Assembly (NCBI GenBank): GCA_045638385.1
Contig: JAZUBI010000127.1
Span: 6,074 to 70,073, forward strand
DNA from: Eubacteriales bacterium
GTDB lineage: Bacteria; Bacillota; Clostridia; Oscillospirales; CAG-272
Reading direction: 5' to 3'
DNA: 64,000 nucleotides
The position numbers were made by a program, and so were the translations under genes. The notes below the pieces were generated by a model that did no database searches, was not told where the DNA came from, and saw only the letters and a list, made by a program, of their open reading frames with translations. Below, piece after piece: positions 1-8,759 of the stretch (positions are counted from its first letter, which is position 1; every line of letters starts with the position of its first letter).

Positions 1-5
1 AAAAA

Positions 6-305
6 ATGAGAAACGATAGCAATGAAAATTTCGAATTTCTTTACAGGAGCATAGTTTGTCTTGAAAACGTTGAGGATTGCCAGAGCTTTTTTGAGGACAT
101 TTGCACAAAAAGTGAGCTTTTGGAGATGTCTCGCAGGCTTAAGGCTGCAAAAATGCTTTCTGATGGCGTTGTATATTCAGAAATAGCTGCAAAAACCGGA
201 TTAAGTACAGCCACCATAAGTCGTGTAAACCATTGCTTAAAATACGGAAGCAGCGGATACCTTAACGTACTTAAAAAGATTGAGCTTGAAGATAAAAAAC
301 ACTGA
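6..305 (+). CDS. TrpR-like YerC/YecD family DNA-binding protein
   Basis: 99-aa ORF with a helix-turn-helix segment (YSEIAAKTGLSTATISRV) and overall resemblance to YerC/YecD (Trp repressor-like) proteins. The ATG is at nt 6, so upstream signals lie outside the window. Confidence 0.7.
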   Translation: MRNDSNENFEFLYRSIVCLENVEDCQSFFEDICTKSELLEMSRRLKAAKMLSDGVVYSEIAAKTGLSTATISRVNHCLKYGSSGYLNVLKKIELEDKKH

Positions 306-317
306 TATAGGATTATT

Positions 318-1091
318 ATGAACTCAAATTATGATGCTATTGCCTCGGTGTATGACAGTATAAATGCCGAGATCGATTATTCTGCATGGGCAGATTATAT
401 TGAACAATGCTTTGAGAAGTTTTTAGATCAAAAACCCACACTGATCCTTGACCTAGCGTGCGGAACGGGACGCATGACCTTTGAGCTTCACAAGCGCGGA
501 TACGATATGATCGGCGCCGATGCAAGCGAGGAGATGCTGTACAGAGCATACGATCATGCGTATGATAACGGAATAAGTGATATACTTTTCATCAAGCAGG
601 ATATGCGGGAATTTGAGCTTTACGGTACAGTCGGTGCTGTCACATGCTGTCTTGACAGTATAAACTATCTCACAGAGCCTCAAGATCTTGAAAAGTGCTT
701 TTCAACGGTTCACAATTATCTTGATCCCGACGGAATCTTTCTGTTTGATGTAAATACACCTTACAAGTTTGAAAATGTCTACGGATCAAATCACTATATC
801 TTCGAGGATGATGATTCGGACGGCAGACACGCTTTTTGCGGTTGGCAAAACGAATATGACAAAGAAAGCAAGCTCTGTAAATTTTACCTTACAGTATTTA
901 CGGAAAACGACAAGGGTCTATTCGAACGAAACGATGAAGAGCAAACCGAAAGATGCTATTCGAAAGCCGAGCTTGAATCAGCCCTTAAAAAGTGCGGCTT
1001 TGAAATTTTAGGCTTTTATTCGGGATTTGATTTTGCATCGCCCTCTGACGAGTGCGAACGATGGCACATAGTTGCACGTGCAAAAAAATAA
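318..1091 (+). CDS. class I SAM-dependent methyltransferase
   Basis: 257-aa ORF with SAM-binding motif I (ILDLACGTGR) followed by an acidic loop (MIGADASEEM). Confidence 0.8.
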   Translation: MNSNYDAIASVYDSINAEIDYSAWADYIEQCFEKFLDQKPTLILDLACGTGRMTFELHKRGYDMIGADASEEMLYRAYDHAYDNGISDILFIKQDMREFELYGTVGAVTCCLDSINYLTEPQDLEKCFSTVHNYLDPDGIFLFDVNTPYKFENVYGSNHYIFEDDDSDGRHAFCGWQNEYDKESKLCKFYLTVFTENDKGLFERNDEEQTERCYSKAELESALKKCGFEILGFYSGFDFASPSDECERWHIVARAKK

Positions 1092-1123
1092 ACGCAATTA
1101 CATTATAACGGAGTATATTCAAT

Positions 1124-2002
1124 ATGGCACAATCAAAAATTTTGCGCGCAATGACATCTGACGGAAGCGCGCGCATACACGTTATCAATTCAACTGATAT
1201 TGTAAACAAAGCTATAAAATATCACAACACCTCAGCAACCTCGACAGCTACACTAGGTAGACTTCTCACCGTCGCTTCAATGATGGGTTGTATGCTCGGA
1301 GACAAGGACGATACACTTACGCTTTCTCTTAACGGTGACGGGCCGGCGGGCAGAGTTTTAGCAGTTGCAGATTATATTGGAAACGTTCGCGGATACATTC
1401 AGAATCCCAACGTTGAAATACCGCTCAAATCAAACGGAAAGCTTGATGTAAGTGGCGCGGTTGGTGCAGGATTTCTCAATGTGATCAAGGATATGGGTGA
1501 CGGCGATCCTTATAATGGATCGATTGATCTTGTTTCGGGTGAGATAGCAGAGGACATTACTGCATATTATGCTCAAAGTGAGCAGGTTCCCACTGTTTGC
1601 GCACTCGGAGTTCTTGTTGATACCGATCTTTCCTGTCGCGCGGCCGGAGGAGTAATTATTCAGCTTCTTCCTTTCGCTGATGATAACACCATCACCGCAA
1701 TTGAAAAGAACGTTCCTCTTCTTTCAAATGTATCAAGGCTTTTCGATAAGGGAATGACAAACGAGGAAATAATGGCTCTTGCTTTGCAGGGAATTGAATA
1801 CGATCTGTTCGATGAAATAGACGTTGACTACATTTGCACGTGCTCACGCGAGAGAATGGAAAAAGCGCTCAAGTCAATCTCCAAAGAGGATCTTCGCAAG
1901 ATGTTCGATGAACAGATAGCTGAGGGAAAAGCAGAGGAACTTGAGATAGTGTGCAGATTCTGCAATTCAAAATATGCGTTCACGCCCGATGAGATACTTT
2001 AA
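1124..2002 (+). CDS. hslO: Hsp33 family redox-regulated chaperonin
   Basis: 292-aa ORF with Hsp33-like sequence. The C-terminal zinc/redox switch cysteines are present as C-x-C (ICTCS) and C-x-x-C (CRFCNS). Confidence 0.9.
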   Translation: MAQSKILRAMTSDGSARIHVINSTDIVNKAIKYHNTSATSTATLGRLLTVASMMGCMLGDKDDTLTLSLNGDGPAGRVLAVADYIGNVRGYIQNPNVEIPLKSNGKLDVSGAVGAGFLNVIKDMGDGDPYNGSIDLVSGEIAEDITAYYAQSEQVPTVCALGVLVDTDLSCRAAGGVIIQLLPFADDNTITAIEKNVPLLSNVSRLFDKGMTNEEIMALALQGIEYDLFDEIDVDYICTCSRERMEKALKSISKEDLRKMFDEQIAEGKAEELEIVCRFCNSKYAFTPDEIL

Positions 2003-2061
2003 AAGTTTGTATTTTGAATAGTAAAAAGCATAGCCGCCTATATGGTAGCTATGCTTTTGTT

Positions 2062-2622
2062 TCATTCGAAGAGCTTTCTTATCTGCTTTCCTTGAAGCGC
2101 ATTCTCAAGAGTGTTTTCCAAAAGTGTGAAATCTGCAACGAGGGAATGCGGCTTTTTCACCGGATCATCCTGACACATCGGGGTGAAATATATGTTCTTT
2201 CTTGAGAGCAATTTAGCAAGGTTGGAAAGATTTGCGCTCATAGCATCATTTGATGCGAGAGCAATAACAAGTGGGCGATCGCTTCTCAAATGTGCCTTTG
2301 CCGCCATGCAGACCGGAGTATCTGTAATACCGTTTGCAAGCTTTGCCAGGGTGTTTCCCGTACATGGCGAAATGATCAGCGCATCGAGTGAGATCTTTGG
2401 ACCTAAAGGCTCTGCATCTGTGATAGTGTGGATTATCTTTCTTTCACACAATGTTTCGATTCTCTCGATCCACTCGGACGCTTTTCCGAATCTTGTATCT
2501 GTGGAATAAGCGTTTAAGCTCATTATCGGTATAATCTCGCCGTATTTTTTCTTTAAATTACATAGGATTGCATAGGAATCCTTAAAGGTGCAGAACGAGC
2601 CGCACATTGCATATCCGATCAT
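2062..2622 (-). CDS. dpaB: dipicolinate synthase subunit B (flavoprotein)
   Basis: 186-aa flavoprotein-fold ORF starting IGYAMCGSFCTF, typical of SpoVFB/DpaB. It overlaps the upstream dpaA by 4 nt. Confidence 0.85.
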   Translation of the reverse strand: MIGYAMCGSFCTFKDSYAILCNLKKKYGEIIPIMSLNAYSTDTRFGKASEWIERIETLCERKIIHTITDAEPLGPKISLDALIISPCTGNTLAKLANGITDTPVCMAAKAHLRSDRPLVIALASNDAMSANLSNLAKLLSRKNIYFTPMCQDDPVKKPHSLVADFTLLENTLENALQGKQIRKLFE

Positions 2623-3524
2623 AGTATTATTCCTCTATCAAATAAAATATCACGTACAGATTCAAAAATATATTCACCTGCGCTTGTCGGAGAGTATCTT
2701 CCGGGCAGTGAGGGCGCAGAAATTATACTATATCCCATATCGCGGGCAGAAGACATATCTATTCCACCGGGCGAGGATGCGATCTCAATGTACAAAGGCT
2801 TTTTTGCAAAACCTTCAAGTATACTCGGTACAAAAATTACAGACGGGACTGTATTGAAGATCACCTCGTTTTCGATGACAGCACTCCGGAGCATTTTGTA
2901 ATCACTGCTTCTAACTACCTTGTAACCCTTCATTGCGATTTCACATAATACTTCATCGCGCCTTGCGGCTACACTGACATTCGCGCCAAGCTTTTTAAGC
3001 TTATCGGCAAGAATATAGGCGATCCGTCCATATCCTGTAACAAGCACCGGCATACCTTCAATTACTTTATCGGTGTTTTCCATTGCAATCATAATAGCCC
3101 CCTCTGCGCTTGGAAGCGCATTCTTTTGCTGCAATGATTCACTCTTATAATAATCGATCACTTTCACACCGATATTTTCGGACTCATCCTCCATTTTCTT
3201 CGGAATAAGTCCTCCAAGTATTACCGCATTTGAATTTTTCGCGGTAAAGCTGAGGATATCTAAAAGCTTTAATGAACAGTTATTTTCCTGCGACAAGAGA
3301 TTTAGGGTAATACCGTCGCGAGTCACGGGCAAGGGAAGGAGGACAACATCACATCCAGCGACCGCTTTTTCGGGATGCGATACTATCTCCGCGCCCGAAA
3401 TCTCATGAGCCATCTCACCAAGACCGAATATCCTAACATCATGTCCCAATGATATGAGACAACGCGCAATCACTGCCTGACGCCTATCTCCGCCGAGAAT
3501 TAAAAATTTATATTTATTCGACAT
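2619..3524 (-). CDS. dpaA: dipicolinate synthase subunit A
   Basis: 301-aa ORF with dehydrogenase-like Rossmann segments (LILGGDRRQ, VTGYGRIA), SpoVFA-like. It is translationally coupled to dpaB. Confidence 0.85.
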   Translation of the reverse strand: MSNKYKFLILGGDRRQAVIARCLISLGHDVRIFGLGEMAHEISGAEIVSHPEKAVAGCDVVLLPLPVTRDGITLNLLSQENNCSLKLLDILSFTAKNSNAVILGGLIPKKMEDESENIGVKVIDYYKSESLQQKNALPSAEGAIMIAMENTDKVIEGMPVLVTGYGRIAYILADKLKKLGANVSVAARRDEVLCEIAMKGYKVVRSSDYKMLRSAVIENEVIFNTVPSVIFVPSILEGFAKKPLYIEIASSPGGIDMSSARDMGYSIISAPSLPGRYSPTSAGEYIFESVRDILFDRGIIL

Positions 3525-3573
3525 ATAAGGTCTCCGATCAGTTCAAATAAAAATAAGACTTTGGGTCTCATTA

Positions 3574-3600
3574 CATTCTATGCCTTAGATGAAAAACGGT
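3574..3600 (-). promoter_or_regulatory. possible sigma-K-type promoter upstream of dpaA
   Basis: The minus strand reads AC-N16-CATAGAAT about 45 nt upstream of the dpaA ATG, close to the AC-N16/17-CATAnnnTA consensus. spoVF is sigma-K dependent in B. subtilis. This is a pattern match only. Confidence 0.3.
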
Positions 3601-3741
3601 GAAATATGTCGAAAGGAAATATAAGAAAAAAGTTTGATTTTACTAAGGTTTTTAACAGTTTGTTAATACAAAACGTTGCTTGGTGTGATATAATAGAGAA
3701 TGAATAATAATGGCGTATCGCTGTTATCTTTGGAGGATGTT

Positions 3742-5223
3742 ATGGCTGAACTTAAAATGCTTGCTATTGACCTCGGCGCGTCCAGCGGAAGAGGCATTAT
3801 CGGATCGTTTGACGGAAACAAGCTCACATTGCGTGAAAATCACCGTTTCTCAAATGACCCCGTATTCGTAAACGGAAGATTCACATGGGATATTCTCAGA
3901 ATTTTCTTCGAGATCAAAAACTCGATCACAAAAACAGTTATTGATAAAGAAAATATTACCTCTATGGGTATTGACACCTGGGGTGTTGACTATGCACTTA
4001 TCGACAAGAACGGCAGAATGATGGCTAACCCCACACACTACCGTGATACAAGAACAGTAAATATCACCGATTACGTAAAGCAGTTCGTATCTCCCGAGGA
4101 GATATATGCCGTTACCGGTATTCAGGCGGCTGATTTTAACACCATCAATCAGCTTGCGGCAGAAAAGCGCGATGATCCCTCTATGCTTGAGCGCGCTGAC
4201 AAGATGCTTATGACTCCCGACCTTCTCAACTATTTCCTTACCGGACAGATGGCTACCGAATACACCATTGCTTCAACCGGTATGCTTCTTGACGCTAAGC
4301 AGAGAAAGTTCGCTTATGAGCTTACAGACAAGCTTGGTATAAACCGTTCGCTATTCGCCCCCCTTGTAATGCCTTGCAACAACCTCGGCGCACTTCTTCC
4401 TCAGATAAACGATGAGGTCGGTGTAAACAACATCAAGGTAGTAAACGTCGCATCTCACGACACCGCGAGCGCTGTTATTGCGGTACCCGCAACCAACAAG
4501 GATTTCATTTACATATCGAGCGGCACATGGTCACTTATGGGCGCTGAAATTGATGAGCCTCTTATAAACGATGACACCAGAACAGCCAACTTTACAAACG
4601 AGGGCGGCGCGATGGGTACAATCCGCTTCTTGAAAAACATTATGGGTCTTTGGATCATCCAGGAATCCAGAAGACAGTGGAAGAGAGAGGGTAATGAGTA
4701 CAGCTTCGCACAAATGGAAGCATGGGCTAAGGAAGCAAAGCCCTTTGCATCCCTCATCAACCCCGACTATCACGCATTCAATACTCCCGGAAACATGCCC
4801 GAAAAGATCCGTGAGTTCTGCCGCATAACCGGTCAGCACGTTCCCGAAACTGTTGGAGAGGTGGTTCGTTGCATTTACGAATCTCTCGCGCTTAAGTACA
4901 GATTTACCGTCGAGACGCTTGAAGCTCTCAGATCCAAGAAAACCTCTATGATCAACGTAGTAGGCGGCGGCACAAAGGATAAGTTCTTGTCCCAGATGAC
5001 CGCTGATGCTTGCGGAATCCCCGTATGCGCAGGTCCCGAAGAGGCTACCGCAATGGGTAACATCGTAATGCAGACTATAGCAGCGGGAGAGATCGCAAAT
5101 CTCAGCGAGGCTCGCGAGGTAATTGCAAACTCCACCGAGCTTAAGTACTATCAGCCCACCGCGCAAAGAGAAGCTTGGGATGCTGCATACGAGACTTTTT
5201 GCAAGATTCAAAAAACAGTTTAA
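3742..5223 (+). CDS. rhaB: rhamnulokinase (FGGY carbohydrate kinase)
   Basis: The N-terminus (LAIDLGASSGRGI ... LRENHRFSN ... GRFTWD) matches RhaB-type FGGY kinases. The start was moved to ATG 3742, which has GGAGG 5 nt upstream; the ORF track start is 3700. Confidence 0.8.
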   Translation: MAELKMLAIDLGASSGRGIIGSFDGNKLTLRENHRFSNDPVFVNGRFTWDILRIFFEIKNSITKTVIDKENITSMGIDTWGVDYALIDKNGRMMANPTHYRDTRTVNITDYVKQFVSPEEIYAVTGIQAADFNTINQLAAEKRDDPSMLERADKMLMTPDLLNYFLTGQMATEYTIASTGMLLDAKQRKFAYELTDKLGINRSLFAPLVMPCNNLGALLPQINDEVGVNNIKVVNVASHDTASAVIAVPATNKDFIYISSGTWSLMGAEIDEPLINDDTRTANFTNEGGAMGTIRFLKNIMGLWIIQESRRQWKREGNEYSFAQMEAWAKEAKPFASLINPDYHAFNTPGNMPEKIREFCRITGQHVPETVGEVVRCIYESLALKYRFTVETLEALRSKKTSMINVVGGGTKDKFLSQMTADACGIPVCAGPEEATAMGNIVMQTIAAGEIANLSEAREVIANSTELKYYQPTAQREAWDAAYETFCKIQKTV

Positions 5224-5276
5224 CAGAGCTTATTAGGAGCACATAATTACTATCAAGGACTTGGAGGATCAGAAAA

Positions 5277-6407
5277 ATGAAGGATGCACAGTTTGCAGAG
5301 TTGAGCGTTATCGGTATGAAGGGCTGTGAGGCTTTTGCACAGCAGGTTGACAACTATCTTAAGGAGTGGCGTAGACACACAAGCGAGGACACATACCTCG
5401 TTGAAGCGCTTTGCCCCAGATTCGGAACAGGTGAGGGAAAGGGTCTTATTCACCATTCGATGCGCGGTCAGGACGTTTATATTATCTGCGACGTCTTTAA
5501 TTACGGTGTAACATACCGCATGTACGGTCAGACAGTACCGATGAGCCCCGACGATCATTATGCAGATCTTAAGAGAATCATTGCCGCTATCGCTGGTAAG
5601 GCAAGACGTATTACTGTTATCATGCCTATGCTTTACGAAGGCAGACAGCACAAGAGATCTACAAGAGAGTCGCTTGACTGTGCTCTTATGCTCCAGGAGC
5701 TTGTTAATATCGGCGTAACCAACATTATTACATTCGATGCTCACGACCCCCGTGTCTGCAACGCTATCCCACTTTCCGGATTTGACAACGTTCGCCCCTC
5801 CTACCAGATGATAAAGGCTCTTATAAAGACCGTTCCCGATATTGTTATCGACAAGGAAAATCTTATGATGATCTCCCCCGATGAGGGCGCTATGAGCAGA
5901 TGTATGTATTATTCATCGGTTCTTGGCATTGACATCGGTATGTTCTACAAGCGCCGCAACTATTCTGTAATTATAAACGGAAAGAACCCGATTGAGGCGC
6001 ACGAGTATCTCGGTCAGGATCTCACCAACAAGGACGTTATCGTAGTTGATGATATGATCTCCTCCGGTGAATCCATGCTCGACGTTTGCACGCAGCTTAA
6101 GGAAAGAGGAGCTAAGAGAATTTTTGCATTCTCTACCTTTGGTCTTTTCACTGACGGATTTGAAAAGTTCGATAAGGCATATAACGAGGGAACTATCTCC
6201 AAGGTATTTACAACAAACCTTGTTTACAGCCGTCCCGGACTTACTGAAAAGCCCTGGCACGTTGAGGTAAATATGTGCAAATACGTTTCCTACATTATTG
6301 ACACACTTAACCACGACGCAACCATCAGTGAGCTTCTTGACCCTGCAAAGAGAATCAACAAGATCGTTGCAAAGCACAGGCAGAACACCGAGGCTAAGGC
6401 TAAATAA
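5277..6407 (+). CDS. prs: ribose-phosphate diphosphokinase (PRPP synthetase), long form
   Basis: 376-aa ORF with PRPP synthetase landmarks (FDAHDP, PRPP-binding loop VVDDMISSGES). Confidence 0.85.
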   Translation: MKDAQFAELSVIGMKGCEAFAQQVDNYLKEWRRHTSEDTYLVEALCPRFGTGEGKGLIHHSMRGQDVYIICDVFNYGVTYRMYGQTVPMSPDDHYADLKRIIAAIAGKARRITVIMPMLYEGRQHKRSTRESLDCALMLQELVNIGVTNIITFDAHDPRVCNAIPLSGFDNVRPSYQMIKALIKTVPDIVIDKENLMMISPDEGAMSRCMYYSSVLGIDIGMFYKRRNYSVIINGKNPIEAHEYLGQDLTNKDVIVVDDMISSGESMLDVCTQLKERGAKRIFAFSTFGLFTDGFEKFDKAYNEGTISKVFTTNLVYSRPGLTEKPWHVEVNMCKYVSYIIDTLNHDATISELLDPAKRINKIVAKHRQNTEAKAK

Positions 6408-6426
6408 TTCGTTATTATCAAACAGT

Positions 6427-6455
6427 CACCGCAGAGAAGTATTTTCTCTGCGGTG
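6427..6455 (+). terminator. hairpin downstream of prs (possible terminator)
   Basis: 12-bp perfect stem CACCGCAGAGAA/TTCTCTGCGGTG with a 5-nt loop. There is no clear U-tract after it. Confidence 0.45.
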
Positions 6456-6491
6456 CTACCTAACTTAATTTGAAAGGATCCTACACTGAGG

Positions 6492-7685
6492 ATGAAGAAA
6501 GAAAAGAATTGTCCTTCCGCATGCGCAAAAAAGACCTCCATCGGCGGTCAGGCGCTCATGGAGGGAATAATGATGCGAGGTCCGGAAACAACCGCTATGG
6601 CGGTGCGTAACACTCAAGGCGAAATGGTCATTGAGAGCTTTCCGACCGAAGCAAAAAAGCGCGCTAAATTTTTTAAGTGGCCGGTAATTCGCGGCGTTTT
6701 CAATTATATTGACTCCATGGTGCTTGGTATGAAGTGCCTTATGCGCTCTGCCGAAATATCGGGTCTTGAAGAGGCTGAGGAAGAGATGCGCCGTGAAAAA
6801 GATGCAAAAAAGGCCGCAAAAGCCGCAAAGAAAGCAGAAAAAAAGGGAATAATTGCTCAGGAAGTCCAATCCGAGGCTAACGTTGAAGAAAGCACCCCCT
6901 CTATTGATTCTGTTGAAGCTATTACGGAATCCGAGGTGGATAACGAAGCCCCCTTAGAGGACACAGTTGAAAGCAAGCCGACCGATACCAAGAAGGAGAA
7001 GAAAGAATCCTCTGCTATGATGGGTATCGTAATGTTTTTCAGTGTTCTTCTCGGAATAGTCTTCTCGGTTGCGCTTTTCATAATTGTTCCTTCGTATCTA
7101 TACAAATGGACAGTTATGCTCTTGCCATTTTTAAAGCACCCGAATCCTGCCACAAATTCTCTTATAAAGTCTGTTTTTGAGGGAATTTTAAAAATAGTTA
7201 TCCTTATCGGATACATGGCTGCGATATCACTTATGAAAGATATTAAGCGCACGTTTATGTATCACGGAGCAGAGCACAAGGCTATATTCTGCTACGAGCA
7301 GGGACTTGATCTCACAGTCGAGAACGTCAGAAAACAGAAAAGATTTCATCCCAGATGCGGAACAAGCTTTCTGATCTTGATGCTCCTTATCGGCATATTC
7401 GTTTCATTCTTTATTGATCCCATTTACATGTCGATTTTCAACACCGAAATGAATACCATCGTTAGAGTGCTTATCAAGATCTTGATTTTGCCGCTTATCG
7501 TTGGAATCGGTTATGAATTTATAAAGATCGCGGGCAGATATGACAACGTGTTCACAAGAATAATTTCTGCTCCCGGCGTTTGGCTTCAGCACATTACAAC
7601 AAAAGAGCCCGACGACAGTATGATCGAATGCGCGATCGCATCGCTCGAAAAGGTTATACCCAATAACGAAAGCGACAAATGGTAA
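6492..7685 (+). CDS. DUF1385 (YqhQ-like) membrane protein
   Basis: The N-terminus (IGGQALMEGIMMRGP), the HGAEHK motif and the C-terminal multi-TM region are typical of DUF1385. It carries a Lys/Glu/Ala-rich low-complexity insert at about aa 91-174. Confidence 0.8.
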   Translation: MKKEKNCPSACAKKTSIGGQALMEGIMMRGPETTAMAVRNTQGEMVIESFPTEAKKRAKFFKWPVIRGVFNYIDSMVLGMKCLMRSAEISGLEEAEEEMRREKDAKKAAKAAKKAEKKGIIAQEVQSEANVEESTPSIDSVEAITESEVDNEAPLEDTVESKPTDTKKEKKESSAMMGIVMFFSVLLGIVFSVALFIIVPSYLYKWTVMLLPFLKHPNPATNSLIKSVFEGILKIVILIGYMAAISLMKDIKRTFMYHGAEHKAIFCYEQGLDLTVENVRKQKRFHPRCGTSFLILMLLIGIFVSFFIDPIYMSIFNTEMNTIVRVLIKILILPLIVGIGYEFIKIAGRYDNVFTRIISAPGVWLQHITTKEPDDSMIECAIASLEKVIPNNESDKW

Positions 7686-7702
7686 GTAATTTGGAGAGTA
7701 AA

Positions 7703-8287
7703 ATGGTTGATGTTTCTTTAGGTGCCGATCTTATGCTTGATGCCGATATGGAAGAGGGTGTCAAAGCATCAGCAAGTGCACTGATTTGCGAGCTGCTTGA
7801 AAAAACAAATCTCAAAAAAGGAGATATTCTTGTTATTGGATGCTCGTCTTCAGAGGTTCTTGGCAATAATATAGGCAAGGGCTCAAGCTTTTCCACCGCA
7901 AAGGCTTTATTTGACACAATTTATCCCGTTGCAAAAGAAAAGGGAATCTACCTCGCGGCTCAGTGCTGTGAGCATTTAAACAGAGCTCTCATTATTGAAT
8001 CCGAGTGCGCTGAAAAATACGGCTATGAGCCTGTTGCCGTTATACCTCAAGCAAAGGCCGGAGGTTCATTTGCCACCATGGCTTTTCAAAGCTTCTCATC
8101 GCCCGTTGCGGTTGAGCACATACGCGCACATGCGGGAATTGACATTGGCGACACACTTATAGGCATGCATTTGCGTGACGTTGCAGTACCCATTAGGCTC
8201 TCGGTAAAGAAAATCGGGGAAGCCAATGTTGTTTGTGCTTATACCCGTCCTAAGTTTATCGGCGGTTCTCGCGCTATCTATGAATAA
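7703..8287 (+). CDS. TIGR01440 (DUF436) family protein
   Basis: Has the VIGCSSSEVLG motif and family-like length. The start was moved to ATG 7703 (GGAGAG 4 nt upstream); the track start 7679 overlaps the preceding gene. Confidence 0.75.
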   Translation: MVDVSLGADLMLDADMEEGVKASASALICELLEKTNLKKGDILVIGCSSSEVLGNNIGKGSSFSTAKALFDTIYPVAKEKGIYLAAQCCEHLNRALIIESECAEKYGYEPVAVIPQAKAGGSFATMAFQSFSSPVAVEHIRAHAGIDIGDTLIGMHLRDVAVPIRLSVKKIGEANVVCAYTRPKFIGGSRAIYE

Positions 8288-8318
8288 TCTACTATTAATC
8301 CCTCCGGAGGTTTTTAAA

Positions 8319-8585
8319 ATGAAAAATACGATTATTGTTGTAAAAAAGAAGAGATCCTTTTTGAAGATCATCATTAAGATCATGTCGGTTATTGCTATTT
8401 TAGCAGCCGCATGTGTTGTTGCATACAAATATCTTGAAAACAAATATAAATCTAAAATTCTCGGAAGGATAGACCTTGACGGTGACGGCGAATTCGATGC
8501 TATCATGATCGACACGACCGGAAACGGTGAGGTTGACACCATAATCATCAACACAGATGATTGCGAAGATTCCGATGAGGAATAA
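8319..8585 (+). CDS. small membrane-anchored acidic protein with DxDGDG-type loops
   Basis: ATG 8319 has GGAGG 8 nt upstream. The 88-aa product has one TM helix (IMSVIAILAAACVVAY) followed by DLDGDGEFD and DTTGNGEVD loops and an acidic tail. Confidence 0.6.
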   Translation: MKNTIIVVKKKRSFLKIIIKIMSVIAILAAACVVAYKYLENKYKSKILGRIDLDGDGEFDAIMIDTTGNGEVDTIIINTDDCEDSDEE

Positions 8586-8591
8586 GAGTAT

Positions 8592-8627
8592 AAAAAAAGA
8601 AAAGCCGCATGCGGCTTTTCTTTTTTT
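8592..8627. terminator. bidirectional intrinsic terminator
   Basis: Perfect palindrome GAAAAGCCGC-AT-GCGGCTTTTC flanked by an A-run and a T-run, between convergent genes. Confidence 0.8.
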
Positions 8628-8630
8628 ATG

Positions 8631-8738
8631 TTATATAACCATGAAATATATCGCTGAACCGACAGCGCCGCCTATCATCAAGGCTACGAGCGTAATTGCC
8701 ATGACCTTGATCAAGAGCTTTCTTTTCTTTTCACTCAT
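8631..8738 (-). CDS. unannotated 35-aa single-pass membrane peptide
   Basis: The minus strand reads GGAGGAAACCAAA-ATG and encodes MSEKKRKLLIKVMAITLVALMIGGAVGSAIYFMVI. It has a good SD, a basic N-terminus followed by a TM helix, and lies 21 nt downstream of the topoisomerase gene. It is below the ORF-track size cutoff. Confidence 0.45.
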   Translation of the reverse strand: MSEKKRKLLIKVMAITLVALMIGGAVGSAIYFMVI

Positions 8739-8759
8739 TTTGGTTTCCTCCGTTATTTA

